Positions 25,850-39,619 of a DNA stretch of 56,789 bases are shown in pieces. Where the stretch lies: NCBI RefSeq assembly GCF_001194135.2, contig NC_068988.1:39782529-39839317 (forward strand), written 5' to 3'. Source of the DNA: Octopus bimaculoides. Lineage: Eukaryota. The notes beneath the pieces were generated by a model. The model saw nothing but the letters and a program-made list of their open reading frames with translations, did not search any database and was not told where the DNA came from. A program made the position numbers and the translations under genes. Positions within the stretch are counted from its first letter, which is position 1. Every line of letters begins with the position of its first letter.

Positions 25850-26930
25850 AATAGAATTTAAATATTTATCAATCTGTCTTATTTATTTGGTCTTCACAAC
25901 AAATATAAAGAAGCTTAAATCGGTAATGCATTGACTAGTGCGTAGGTTTTGGCATGCTGCATCTGAAATGAACATTAAAATGTATACACACATGTCATGA
26001 CATAATTATGCTGAAAGACACAGTTGTATTCACAGCTGCATACAAGAACATACACATAAAACTAGGTCTGGAGAAAATATTTCAAATGTTGAAAGACATC
26101 TTGTCTTCTGTAGAATTCAACCTATCTGACAATTCCGATCGGCATTAAATTCATAATGCAGCGAACCGGAACAGATTTAGTTGCCATTAATGGCAACTAG
26201 TGACTATGCGTGTTATAATTATATTCTTGTTATTGTTGACAAGCGGACATTTAATTGATGGGAAAACTCATCCATACATCAACATAGATTGATAATTTCT
26301 GAAGAGGAAGGTCAAAGCTCTTATAAATCAGCAACTAGTTTTTGTAGTTATTTTAGAAACAATATACAATATATTATGTAAAACAATGTATCACAGCGTG
26401 ATCGAGCCAGTATTGTTTTCGCTAGACTACTCGAGTGACTGAAAAAAAAACTCAACAAAGGTAACAATGCAATGGTTTAATAATATCGCAAATTCCAGCT
26501 CTTTGTTTAGCTTTACTGTTAACATTAAAGACATAAATTTACTAATGGACACACTACACTATATTTTCAGTTGTAATATACGATATATTTTGAATAACAA
26601 AAACCTACGGCTTTATTTGTTTTTAAGATAGAATTGGATGCAAGCATCCCTGAATTAATACGGTTATAAGGGCAGATTAAAAAACCTATTTCTGATAAAA
26701 TATTCTTCTGCTCAGAAGCAGTTTACTGCTTATTTACCCAGTTTTTGCTGCCTGTCTAAAACTTGTCTAACTCGGGGTCTGCATTAAATATTGCAACAGT
26801 TAAATGCAATTACAATGAAATAAGGCCAGGGCCTATAATAAAAATTTAAAGGGACTTGGAAATGCGAATAGTTCCTGCTATAATAGGATCACTTGAATTT
26901 GTGTGTGAAAGTTTATCACCAAATGCTTTA
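25850..26930 (+). mobile_element. Highly decayed R4/Dong-clade LINE remnant
   Basis: Fragments DGKTHPYINID**FLKRK (cf. HPRSNIDRLYLKRKEGGRG) and RDLEMRIVPAIIGSL (cf. the end of the RLE domain, VVPIIVGALG). Confidence 0.4.
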
Positions 26931-28245
26931 CTTTAATCAATTTAGTAATCAAATTCATGACATTACATAAAGTAAGTTTCCTTAGTACAGCTAGTATACT
27001 ATGAGATGCCCTGCATACAAGAATATAAGGTTTGATGTTCGGCGAACGAAGACGTCAAAATAACTACCACCAATTCAGTGAAGACCCAGGACAAAAATAT
27101 TAATTTCTAAATAGGAACCACAACTTCGAGGAGAGAGAAAGAGGAATTTCTAAATAGGCACCACAACCGAGAGGAGGGGGGAGGAAAGAGTAATAAAAAT
27201 AATTTCCAAATACGCAAAATGTGACATATTTTATGAAAATCGCTGCAATCAGTTATAATCGGGCGTAGTAGGTGTGACAGGGTACATCATTAGAACTTTA
27301 AAAATTTGAACGTAAAATTTCTTTACTAAATAAAGTACCTTTACATTCTGCATGATACATTACACTTTTTATTTTCCTCTTTCGCCTCAATACGGATTTT
27401 GAAACACGTCACGAGATCATGTATTGTAAGAATTCCAATCAATCGAATTGATACTAGAGCCAGTCTGTCAGATATTTTTACAGAACTAATGATATATAAA
27501 AAGAAGTAAAGCACAGACATGACTTGAACTCACCAGCCGTTGGTATGATGGATGAGATTAGTAGACAATATTGTATTGTTATCATACCAGATAAATCTAA
27601 TTCCGCACGAAAATAAATTTCATCTATTCAATACACTGTTTATTTAGCCGCCAACAAAGATATACATCATTTAGGCATGTATATATTTATGTTCATGCTT
27701 GATTAAATACAATACTTGATATAGGATTTATATATAAATATTATACGGAACGTTAACATTAGAAACCTAAATCGATTGATTTTCAAAAAATCTTTCATCT
27801 GTTTGTTCAAATGGCAAGCATTCTTCTGGCTCCCTTTTCATAACTTTTGTTCAATTTATTCTCTTCATTTCGCTCTTTCCCAGTATGTCTATGGGCCAGT
27901 ACGTTTATATTTCATGAAGCGTTCATCTACACTATATATTTGTATGCAATTTTATGTCTAGCAATTTCTCATCTCTCATATTCCCTCTCTTTCAGTTACT
28001 TAATACCTCCGAACATAACGACTTAACCACGCATGGATATGTAGGCACACATATAATGTATATGTAAACGGATGTGTGTATGCATGTAAATGTGTGTGTG
28101 TGTGAGTGTATGTGTGTGTGTATTTCTATGCATGTGTTTTTGCATCCCTGCATAGAGACTACTAGACATCTTTCAGTAAACACCAATTCATATTCCCTCG
28201 TACACCTACACATTCCCCATCTATCTACCTAACTGTCTGTCTATA

Positions 28246-28287
<42 letters not shown>

Positions 28288-29289
28288 GTTATATAATTAT
28301 GTTATCTACCTAGCCTATCTGCTCTCTCTCTCTCTCTCTCACTATTCCTATCTGTACACACATTCACATAGACATACATACATACATTACATTACATACA
28401 TACACACACACATAGCGGGAAAGAGAGAGACAAATACCATACATGCTGCCCATGACGTAAAGAATGATGGCGCTTTCATTGTACTCATAAAAATTTGATT
28501 GATATTTAAGCAAATAAGAATAACCTCGATGTTACTACGAGTTTTGCTTATGCAGTGTTCTCATTCATTATCTGAATTACTTCGAAGGAAAAAGAAGATA
28601 CCATCGATTAAAAAAAAAAAAAATTTTGTCAGAAATGTAGATTTTCATTCATGAAGAAATTCTTTTCTTTTGATACCAAATTTGACGCCGTGCTATATTT
28701 TGTGTCTGAAGTGATACCACAGACACTGAACACACACACACACACGCAGACACACACATACACACACACACACACACACGCACACACAAACATACACGCA
28801 CAAACACACACACGCATACACAGACACGCACATATATATACACACATATTCACATAACATAGATTATATATATATATATGTTTGTGTGTGTATGTTTGTG
28901 CGTGTATGATTGTGTGTGTGTCTGTGTGTGTGTGTAAGATTTTAATTCCAAGTAAATAGTGTATGGCGCTACAGTGTATTTACATCATTCTTTTTATTTA
29001 GAAAGTCTTTGGATACTATTTAAGAACATAATCTGCTTTGTACCAAAAACTACACTTTCTCGCTACAATATATATAGCTGACTAGGTAAAATGCTAGAGA
29101 TTAAAGTGCCGAAACGTCATAAATATTGCACCGTTCAGTTTATTGAGCGAGTATATAAAGTATATTAAATGTCTGTATTTCGTGTAGATATATTCTAGGT
29201 AACTTCGTAGTCACCCGAATATATTCTCTCGAGCAACAAACCAACATATCTGGTGAAATTCTGTTTGGAATATGAAACTAATTTGTTTT

Positions 29290-29780
<491 letters not shown>

Positions 29781-30561
29781 AATATAGAATTATTTGTATT
29801 TGCTGTCGAGCAGTTTTTTTTCTACAGATGATATTATTAATGTAACACAGTTGTTTTAGAAACAATATGATGCTGTATTGAATGTAATATCTCAATGACA
29901 TTTTCAGACAGTTGCCGATAACTTGTATATTACTTCTAACACATATGTTACATAATCGATATTTTCTTCTCTTAATGTTGGTGTTTTATGCGCTTCCATC
30001 GTCTCTTATATTCAACAGGTATTAGATTACATAATTATAACTATAGTTTCGAGTTAGCTATATATCTTTACAATGCTGTTTTCTTCACTTATGACTGTTT
30101 AGTTGATGTATAATTTATTGCGGTGATTGGTCAGTAGATACTACAAGAATTATAAAAAACGACATTCAAAAGCTGCATGATTCTAAGCCTCTAATCTCCC
30201 ATTTTCATATGACACAAAAAATATGAATATCATTTTTCATAAACAGTATCCAATTTGATGTCAGATTTGTGTTCGTCAGAATATCTGTGCTGATTTTTTC
30301 TCTATCGGTCAGTCAAATATCTGAAATGTATTTGTAATTGTACTGAAAATGTATTTGAGCTTTATGTTGTTAGAATTATGCTTTGACGAACATATTGTTT
30401 TAAATATGCATGACAGTTTGAGATTATTGTGCCATACGCACACACAAACACGTACACACACACACACACAAACACACACATATATATATACTGGAAGAGG
30501 ATGCGCGGCATTCAATCATATAATAATATAAATAACACACACACATATATATATATATTAT

Positions 30562-30616
<55 letters not shown>

Positions 30617-31098
30617 NNNNNNNNNNNNNNNNNNNNNNNNNNNNNNNNNNNNNNNNNNNNNNNNNNNNNNNNNNNNNNNNNNNNNNNNNNNNNNNNNNNN
30701 NNNNNNNNNNNNNNNNNNNNNNNNNNNNNNNNNNNNNNNNNNNNNNNNNNNNNNNNNNNNNNNNNNNNNNNNNNNNNNNNNNNNNNNNNNNNNNNNNNNN
30801 NNNNNNNNNNNNNNNNNNNNNNNNNNNNNNNNNNNNNNNNNNNNNNNNNNNNNNNNNNNNNNNNNNNNNNNNNNNNNNNNNNNNNNNNNNNNNNNNNNNN
30901 NNNNNNNNNNNNNNNNNNNNNNNNNNNNNNNNNNNNNNNNNNNNNNNNNNNNNNNNNNNNNNNNNNNNNNNNNNNNNNNNNNNNNNNNNNNNNNNNNNNN
31001 NNNNNNNNNNNNNNNNNNNNNNNNNNNNNNNNNNNNNNNNNNNNNNNNNNNNNNNNNNNNNNNNNNNNNNNNNNNNNNNNNNNNNNNNNTGTCATACC

Positions 31099-31138
31099 GG
31101 CCATGACGAAGGGAAATAGCCCTGAAACTCGAGTCGCC
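31099..31138 (+). ncRNA. Minimal type I hammerhead-ribozyme-like motif (Penelope pseudo-LTR type) with a 1-nt insertion in the core
   Basis: GGC | C(A)UGACGA | AGGG-aaauag-CCCU | GAAA | C-UCGA-G | UC | GCC: stem I GGC/GCC, stem II 4 bp, palindromic stem III, GUC cleavage triplet. Confidence 0.6.
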
Positions 31139-32434
31139 TTTATATATTTATATTTATATATTTGATCCTTTATATTGAACACTCAATATTTCATCTACAT
31201 TCAATACTTTCTTTTATGGTGCCATCCATTTTTATTTTATTTTATTTTATATTATATATTGTATATTATATTATATATTGTATATTCCATATTCTATACC
31301 CCACATTGGCTCTGCAAGAATATAAATAAAACATAAAAAACAGACAGTGTTGGAACTCTTTTAAACAAAATAATATATATATATATATGTATGCTTATGT
31401 GTTTGTTAGTGTGTACTTTTTAGATACATGCGTATCTATGTTATGTATATGGTATTTAATTCACAGTGAAGACTATAATGGGTGACTGTTTATAGTTCTG
31501 TTTGCTCTGTGTTTCCGTGATGCGTCCATTGCACCTCAGCGGACCTACGCCAGACTTATTCACATTCAGTATAACTAAGTGCCGGAACAGTGTTATTATT
31601 ATTACTATTATTATTATTTTTTTTTATTATTTGCATAGTTTACATGTAGTCAAACTTCTACATTTCAAAGAGGTGTATTTAAGCCTCGATGTATTTTCCG
31701 TTATATAACTTACAAGTGGAACTGAAATGTGAGTGTTGGCTTACCACAACTAAAACTTGATTCTACTCAGCTACACTTTTTAAAAAAAAAAAGAACATTT
31801 ATATTATTTGTATTCTGAGTAAAGTGATGTTAAGCACTTGTTAATTTATGACATCAACACACATATGAATTTGATGATCTTTTAACGTTCAAGCGAGCAA
31901 ACTCATGAATGGATTTCTGTTAAAACCATACTAGGAGAAGGATGTTAATCTCTGAGGAAAATGTCCCTGCTGTTGTTATCATTGCAACCGCTATTGCTGT
32001 TGCTTATCCCAAGGCAACCAGGTCAAGCAGTCCTATTGACAAAAATATTCCAAACGCTCCCCCTTATTGGAGAACCCCGGATTGCTCAGTCGTATACTTA
32101 AGTTCTATAAAACGCATTACCTAGGTTATGTTATATTAACCTCGTTTAGCTCTGAAACAACAGAAGTTAGTTAGATGTACACAGTAAATATATTAGATAG
32201 ACGCTCAGTGAAAGTTGTATATTGAAATATAGGAGTGGAAATAATGTTATGAACATGGCTTTTCGTGCGAAGGAGGAAACGTCCAGAGAGGTGGAAAAGG
32301 ACGACGGAGTAGAAAGACCGGAGAAAAGCCCGTTGTCATTAAATAGCTTAAAAATAAATAACCGGAAGCTGGAGAGAGATAGAGAATGTGTAATTTTGGG
32401 GTCATTGCGTCTGTGAGTATGAGTGCGCGTATAT

Positions 32435-32485
<51 letters not shown>

Positions 32486-33899
32486 TGTATGTGTGAAAGA
32501 GACTGTGTGTGTATATATGTTTTTAAGTGTGTGTCTGCGGGGGAACGGGTGGTGATTAGTGTGTTTGTATCCTAAGAAATTCTGCGCGGGATGGTAGTAA
32601 ATGTATGCTGTGTGTTTCTGTTTTTGCGAGTGTGTGTTTAAGTGAAGGATGTGGGGTCGAGAGCTTAGGTGATTTGTGTCTGTGAGTGCGTGTGAATGGG
32701 TGTGTGTCTGTACGCATGTGATTGTGGTATGTGTGTGGGTGTGTCGATGTGTGTGCATTAGCCATTTATGTATCCTGTTTGTTGGGATGTCAGTTATGTA
32801 TGTCGGTATGTGGAAGTATGAGGATGCTAAACAGAGAGAGGAAAGGAGAATTAGATAGAAAATAAATTTGGAAGCCATTATAAGAAAGCGGGCGGTGTTA
32901 TATCCAAACGGTCTATGAATTCGTATTGTTAAAATGTATCGTTGACCTGACGAAGTTTGGTGATGGTGATGGTTCCATGTCGTAATGCAAGGTCGAAGAT
33001 AATAATGTGTTCGGTGCAGTGATTGGTCGAGCAGAACTGTGGGCGACGATGATATTTTTTTTCAGAGGCAGTTGTCTCGGAAATATGTAAATCTGTTGGT
33101 TTGAAGAAATACAAAAGAGATCGCAGTTTTTAATAGCGTGTTGCTTGTTTCCAGTGATGGAGCAGTTGTTGGTGATGAACGGACGGGTGTAGCACCGTGA
33201 TCTGGAGCAAGGAAAAGATTGTACATTTCAGGTGTGGTTGAAGGAGAGAAAGGTGGTTCGAGAAAGCAGTGTGATCGGTTAGAAGTCGAAACGTCTGTGG
33301 GATTTTCCTTCAAAGATGTGTGATAGCAAAGGAGGGGAAAGTTATGCAGTCGAGAGTCGAGTGTGAGGAAAGAGGGCTGAGTTGCGATCCACTTGGCGGG
33401 ACGAGTGACAGACAGGCCAGGTGTTGATATTGAGTTTCAAGATCATAGTCACAGCTGCACAGACGTCGGAGACGGAGAGAGTGGCGATACGTGATGGCTC
33501 GTAGGGTGTGGGAGGGGTGCTAGACAGAAAAATCGAGGCAGACGTAGAAGCCAGTAAATTTGAAGCAGGTGGAAGCGGTTAGAGGGGATCAATAAAGAAA
33601 GAAAGAGAGAGAGAGGCGGGAAGAGAAGAGAGTGAATTAGATGTCAAGCAAGTTGACAAAGGTGTCGGAAATGACAAAGATGAACTCAAGAGAGTGATTA
33701 TAAGTGTTGTAAGGAATTAGTAACAATGGTACACCCCTCCCACGTGACAAGTGGAATGATTATGTCACTACAAGTAATGTGACGTGGGCCGGTATGGAGA
33801 GAGTACGTGTAGTCTGTGTTGAGAGTCGTATGTGTGTTGATATAGCAATTATCCTGTGATACTGGGTGGACGTTATAACGATCCAACCTTTTGAGGATA

Positions 33900-36550
33900 A
33901 TAACACTGTATAACTGGGGGTCGTGCAGTTCCAGATAGAAACATCCTATCGATGACCTCGGAATATAACAATATCTGTCAGAGCGACAATAGTCGTAGAA
34001 AGACAGTTACAACAGTGGCAAAAAACACCTTTATAACAATGGCGACGAGGATAAACCAATTAACGCGGAGTTCATAGAAACTCGAAGAGGAGTTAATAAA
34101 CTCACTAAGTCGGTGTACGAATTTTACTAAAAAACGTAAAAGTATGGAAATTTTGTTGGCAGGTTTGCTTAAGGTGCAAAAACAGCAACAATGACAACTA
34201 CAGATACAACTGCAAGCGCAGCAATAGAAACAATAACAAGAACAATTAATATTGCAGCAGCAAATGCTGCAATTACTGAAGTCGTCAGGAAAGCCAGAAA
34301 AAATGTTCTAGCCAGACTATGTTGCAAATTCAGTTGACTGAATTCAAATACTAACCTGACAAAGGAGTTACTTTCGAAGCATACTACAGTAGATATGAGC
34401 AAATCTTAGAGAAATAATATGAAGATTGGGACAACGTAATGAAAACTCATTTCATCTTGAGAAAACTGGCGCCAACAGAACATGAGCTATACAGTAGTTT
34501 TGGAACCCCTACCAAAGAAAACCATTTAATGACACAATAATTGTGTAAGATTTCCGGTGAAAAAAGCTCCTTGTTCAACAGAATGGAAGTGTCTGAACAT
34601 AAAGAGAAATAGTAACGAGGAACACATGACATACACTGGTAGAGTACACAGGGAATGCGAGAAGTTTAAGCTGGATAAATTAACTGCAGGTATGTTCAAA
34701 TGCCTGATATTTACACAAGGACTAACCGCCAAAAATATGTAGAAGTCATACTAGAGTTCTTGCGAAGCTGCAGGAAAGCCAGGATGTAAGCCTACAAAAA
34801 ATGTCTGAAGAATCTAAAAGGATACTTAAACTGAGATACGACACAGAGGAAATTGAATATAAAGATTGTTTCCTAGTAAAACCAGTGCGGAATAGTCTGA
34901 ATAGAGATCAAGTGTTTTCTGAAAAACACGAGAAACATCAGATTATAAACCCATGTTTTGCATGTGAAGAGGATAAAACGCCAGAACAATAATAAAAAAA
35001 AAGTAAATAGTTCGTCGAAAAAAAAGAGGGATAATACAACGAACAGAAACTTCGTAAATGTGAAAATTAAAAATACAAGTGTAGAATTGAAGCTCAACAC
35101 AAGTAGTGACATAACTATTTCAAATAAAAAAAATGTGGAAATATTTCGGTAAGCCGAAATTAATTAAATCTAAAAAGGTAGCACATAGTGTCAAGGGAAA
35201 AACATATTTTATCGATGAATGCGAAAACGAAAAAGGTTAATGTATATGTATTAACCCATTAGCTGCCAATTTTTTTCATTCATAATTTTTGGCTTTGGAA
35301 GGTGTCTTAGGAGTTGAAATAATATATTATATCTAAATTTTCTTCATATGTGAATAATTTTGGAAATTATGATAAATGTCTCGAAAATCCCACATGGGGA
35401 TCGCTGAAAAAAAAAATCATAATTATCTTTTCCTATTCCATTGTCATAATAAACATTTTAGTTGTTTTGAAACTATTGTTTCAAATGCGAATTTGTTTTA
35501 CTTGTTTCAGTCATGTGACTGCGGCCATGCAGGAGCACTGCTGTGTACGAATGAATGATATAGATGAGAAATGCAAAAAAAAGACAAAAGAAAAAAACAG
35601 TTATTATTTTTGTATTTCAAAAATTGCAATTTGTGACATAACATGTTCTCTAGAATTAGCCTGAGGTAACAATGACAAACTTAGCTAACTATTGTTAAAC
35701 ACACGTCTGCAAATGCAATGTACATAAGCAATTCACATTAAATACAACGAATAACCGGCAGTGAGACTGTTTTTAGAAGATCCCCAAATGGGGCTCATAG
35801 CAGGCAAAGGGTTAAACATTCACTATTTAATTTATAGTATACACCCATAAGCGTTTTGCGTAGAAATATAGTCGCCTCAATCGAAGGTTCAAATGAAGCT
35901 GAAAGACTGAAACAAAAATTGCTATAAAACACCTTCATATAGGCCCACACCACCAAAAGTGTACAATTTTCAGAAACAGATCAGGTTAACAACGAACTGG
36001 AATAACTAGAAAGTTTTGGTATAATTGAAAAGAGTGCCCACGCAGACTGAGCAACACCGACGGTTTACGTGAAAAAGAAGAATGACAAACGAAGAGTTTG
36101 TACATATTTTTCAACAAGGATTAACGATTTGTTAGTCGCACAGGCTTTCATTCGTTAGAAGTTAACACGCACAATGGCTTATAGTAAATTTAAGCGGCTT
36201 TCCTTATGGTGTGGAGGTACAGTGTGAATTCTTGCTGGGAAAAAAGAGTCAAATACTTAAGACACATAATTGATGAAAATAGAACGCAATTTGTGTCTAG
36301 CGAATTTAAAATAATTTGTGAAATTTTCGCGGTAGAACATATAGCAACGGCGCAATACCATCCCAGATCTAATGCACAGGCGAAATGCTTTGTTGATACT
36401 TTCAAAAGAGTGTACCATGTAACACCAAATCCGAATACACCAGCGCTTATTCTTTGTAAGCCTAATACGTATTCTACCAGTTCTTTAGCCGATCCGCTAT
36501 GTTACGGAGACATATACACCGCCATCAGTTGTCAAGAGAGGGGAAGGATG
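33900..36550 (+). mobile_element. Decayed, internally deleted Ty3/Gypsy LTR retrotransposon
   Basis: PBS-like TGGCGACGAGG at 34040-34050 after ...ttataaca; gag-like WKCLNIKRNSNEEHMTYTGRVHRECEKFKLDKLTAGMFKCLIFTQGLTA; protease-like VELKLNTSSDITI; RT start ELE*LESFGIIEK...ATPTVYVKKKNDKRRVC; integrase QFVSSEFKIICEIFAVEHIATAQYHPRSNAQAKCFVDTFKR; purine tract aagagaggggaagga at 36534-36548 followed by TG. Confidence 0.88.
35251..35815. mobile_element. piggyBac-like MITE nested inside the Gypsy element
   Basis: TTAA|CCCATTAGCTGCC ... AGCAGGCAAAGGG|TTAA (TTAA at 35251-35254 and 35812-35815; TIRs match at 9 of 13 positions). It interrupts the Gypsy between protease and RT. Confidence 0.65.
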
Positions 36551-36589
36551 TGAAACACAGACACAAAGACACACACAGAGATATATATA

Positions 36590-37020
36590 CATATTTATAT
36601 ACGACGGGCGTCTTTCAGTTTCTGTCTGCCTGAGACTATAGTAAAAGACACTTGTACAAGGTATCAGCCAGTGAGACTGAAACCGAAACTATTTGGTTGG
36701 GAAGCAATGCATGTTGTATGTATGTATGCATGTATGTACGTATGTATGTATGTATGTATGTATGTATGTATGTATGTATGTGTGTACGAATGTATGTATT
36801 TATGTGAGTGTTTTTGTGTGTGCTGGCGTTTGACGCTGAACAACCAATGTCGACTAGTTTACGTACCATAGCACAGCTATTCGGCAAAAGGGACCGATAG
36901 AAGAAGAGTCAAGCTTAACAAATAAAACTAAAACACAATATTGAGATTACGTTTTTCGACTGATCCCTCCAAGGCTGTGTCCCTTCATGGCCAGGTACCA
37001 TTCACTGAAGCAAGTAAAAG
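36590..37020. mobile_element. SINE remnants with an internal (TATG)n tract
   Basis: atacgacgggcgtctttcagtttc...aaaagacacttg..aagg (reverse CORE-like), and ggcaaaagggaccgatagaag as seen in the 29290 and 55075 copies. Pieces appear in both orientations. Confidence 0.65.
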
Positions 37021-37472
37021 ATATGTATCTTTGTATGTACGTATGTATGCATGTAGATAGGTGGGATGAAATGAGTAAATTAAAAAGGAAATATGTTGGA
37101 CTTATCACGTTCAATTAAATACATTTCAGAGCGAATACACTTCACGTAGCGAGATGCTGTACAAATATCGGTGATATCATATTACATGCGCTGTGATTAG
37201 TTCAGAGAGCGGAAATAGCCACAGACATAGGTAAATACAATTTACCTTTTATACAACTGAGAGGTGAAAAAAGGAAAGATAGCCTCAGAATTCAAGATAT
37301 TACACAAAATTAAAATGTAAAATCTAACCACCTGAAGCGACTAATCTGCTTCTAATTAGATGAATTCATTTACGCATACCAATTTACTGATTGAAGCATT
37401 TTATTCCTAATGGCACTAAACCAAAACACCAGTGAATTTCTGTCTGTCTGTCTGTCTCTCTCTCTTCCTCAC

Positions 37473-37544
<72 letters not shown>

Positions 37545-37584
37545 CATATGTGTATATGTGTATGCATGTGTGTGACTTAGATTC

Positions 37585-37871
37585 TGTTGTGGTGAAATCC
37601 TGACACCCCGGTGAGATAGCAAGTGAACTGTCCTAAAACTTTATAAAAGGCGCATGCATACTGACAGTGCGACGTGCAGTGTAATGTGTGCAGTCGCATT
37701 TGTGAAGGCAGTCGTAGAAGTCGTTGAGAAGAGATATAACTTTGTTATGTGTTTGTTACTGATTTAGTTTTGGTAGTGTTATAAAATTGTTACAGTTTAG
37801 TCTGTATCCAAGCGTAAAGATATATTAGATTACTAAATGGTCCTTATTTGAAATAATGTCCAAAATAAACA
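37585..37871 (+). mobile_element. Possible LTR (solo, or belonging to the upstream Gypsy)
   Basis: Starts TGTTG; TATAAAAGG at 37642-37650; AATAAA at 37864-37869; ends CA. No TSD and only weak similarity to 33900-34038. Confidence 0.3.
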
Positions 37872-37938
37872 CTAACTCCTTTAGTTAGGCTTTAAAGTCT
37901 TTGAGAATTTGATGTTGATAATAATAATAATATTAATG

Positions 37939-38001
<63 letters not shown>

Positions 38002-38002
<1 letters not shown>

Positions 38003-39523
38003 TACTGAAGACAGAGCTGAACGCGAGAAACAAGATCGAAGCGATCAATGCTCTAGCCATACCAGTCGTGACTTACAGTTTCAATATCGTTAACTGGTCA
38101 ATTACTGAAATATGTAATCTTGACAGAAAAATATGAAAACTGTTGACAATGCATAGAATGCACCACGCTAAGGTAGATATAGAACGTCTTTATATACCAA
38201 GAAAAGAGGGAGGCCGAGGACTTCTACAGCTGGCATTATCAATGAAGGTAGCCACAATTGGCCTATACACCTATCTGAAAAACTCTGAGGACTGGATGCT
38301 AAAACTTGTCTTAAAACATGAAAGCAAGAAAGCATCCTACTCAGTAACAAACAGGCAAAGNNNNNNNNNNNNNNNNNNNNNNNNNNNNNNNNNNNNNNNN
38401 NNNNNNNNNNNNNNNNNNNNNNNNNNNNNNNNNNNNNNNNNNNNNNNNNNNNNNNNNNNNNNNNNNNNNNNNNNNNNNNNNNNNNNNNNNNNNNNNNNNN
38501 NNNNNNNNNNNNNNNNNNNNNNNNNNNNNNNNNNNNNNNNNNNNNNNNNNNNNNNNNNNNNNNNNNNNNNNNNNNNNNNNNNNNNNNNNNNNNNNNNNNN
38601 NNNNNNNNNNNNNNNNNNNNNNNNNNNNNNNNNNNNNNNNNNNNNNNNNNNNNNNNNNNNNNNNNNNNNNNNNNNNNNNNNNNNNNNNNNNNNNNNNNNN
38701 NNNNNNNNNNNNNNNNNNNNNNNNNNNNNNNNNNNNNNNNNNNNNNNNNNNNNNNNNNNNNNNNNNNNNNNNNNNNNNNNNNNNNNNNNNNNNNNNNNNN
38801 NNNNNNNNNNNNNNNNNNNNNNNNNNNNNNNNNNNNNNNNNNNNNNNNNNNNNNNNNNNNNNNNNNNNNNNNNNNNNNNNNNNNNNNNNNNNNNNNNNNN
38901 NNNNNNNNNNNNNNNNNNNNNNNNNNNNNNNNNNNNNNNNNNNNNNNNNNNNNNNNNNNNNNNNNNNNNNNNNNNNNNNNNNNNNNNNNNNNNNNNNNNN
39001 NNNNNNNNNNNNNNNNNNNNNNNNNNNNNNNNNNNNNNNNNNNNNNNNNNNNNNNNNNNNNNNNNNNNNNNNNNNNNNNNNNNNNNNNNNNNNNNNNNNN
39101 NNNNNNNNNNNNNNNNNNNNNNNNNNNNNNNNNNNNNNNNNNNNNNNNNNNNNNNNNNNNNNNNNNNNNNNNNNNNNNNNNNNNNNNNNNNNNNNNNNNN
39201 NNNNNNNNNNNNNNNNNNNNNNNNNNNNNNNNNNNNNNNNNNNNNNNNNNNNNNNNNNNNNNNNNNNNNNNNNNNNNNNNNNNNNNNNNNNNNNNNNNNN
39301 NNNNNNNNNNNNNNNNNNNNNNNNNNNNNNNNNNNNNNNNNNNNNNNNNAAAGCAAACACATAATTTTCTTATGGTTTCTTAAACATTCACTTGAACAAA
39401 ACTGTACAAATCCAGATATATGGTACCCTAGGCATACATGAACATCTAACTTGTTGTCTCTTGAGGTCTCTGGGTGAGACTTGGATCCAACTTGTACAAA
39501 TGCAAAACAAAAGTCAAACATAA

Positions 39524-39524
<1 letters not shown>
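38002..39524 (+). mobile_element. 5'-truncated Dong/R4-clade LINE inserted in a (TAA)n tract (middle hidden by gap 38361-39349)
   Basis: ILKTELNARNKIEAINALAIPVVTYSFNIVNW...DRKI*KLLTMHRMHHAKVDIERLYIPRKEGGRGLLQL. A 3'UTR-like end (...aagtcaaacataaa) runs into (AAT)n; (AAT)n on both sides (37917-38000 and 39523-39619). Confidence 0.92.
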
Positions 39525-39588
<64 letters not shown>

Positions 39589-39619
39589 TAATAATAATAA
39601 TAATAATTATAATAATAAT

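Noticed and set aside
31930-32124. Hydrophobic or protein-like frames on both strands (ORF 31942-32124 and its antisense)
   Set aside because: Short, no domain recognised, and the minus frame has stops.
32880-33900. Strand-biased purine-rich block that may be the minus-strand N-terminal region of a Penelope-like ORF
   Set aside because: Only compositional resemblance; no RT or endonuclease motif could be read.
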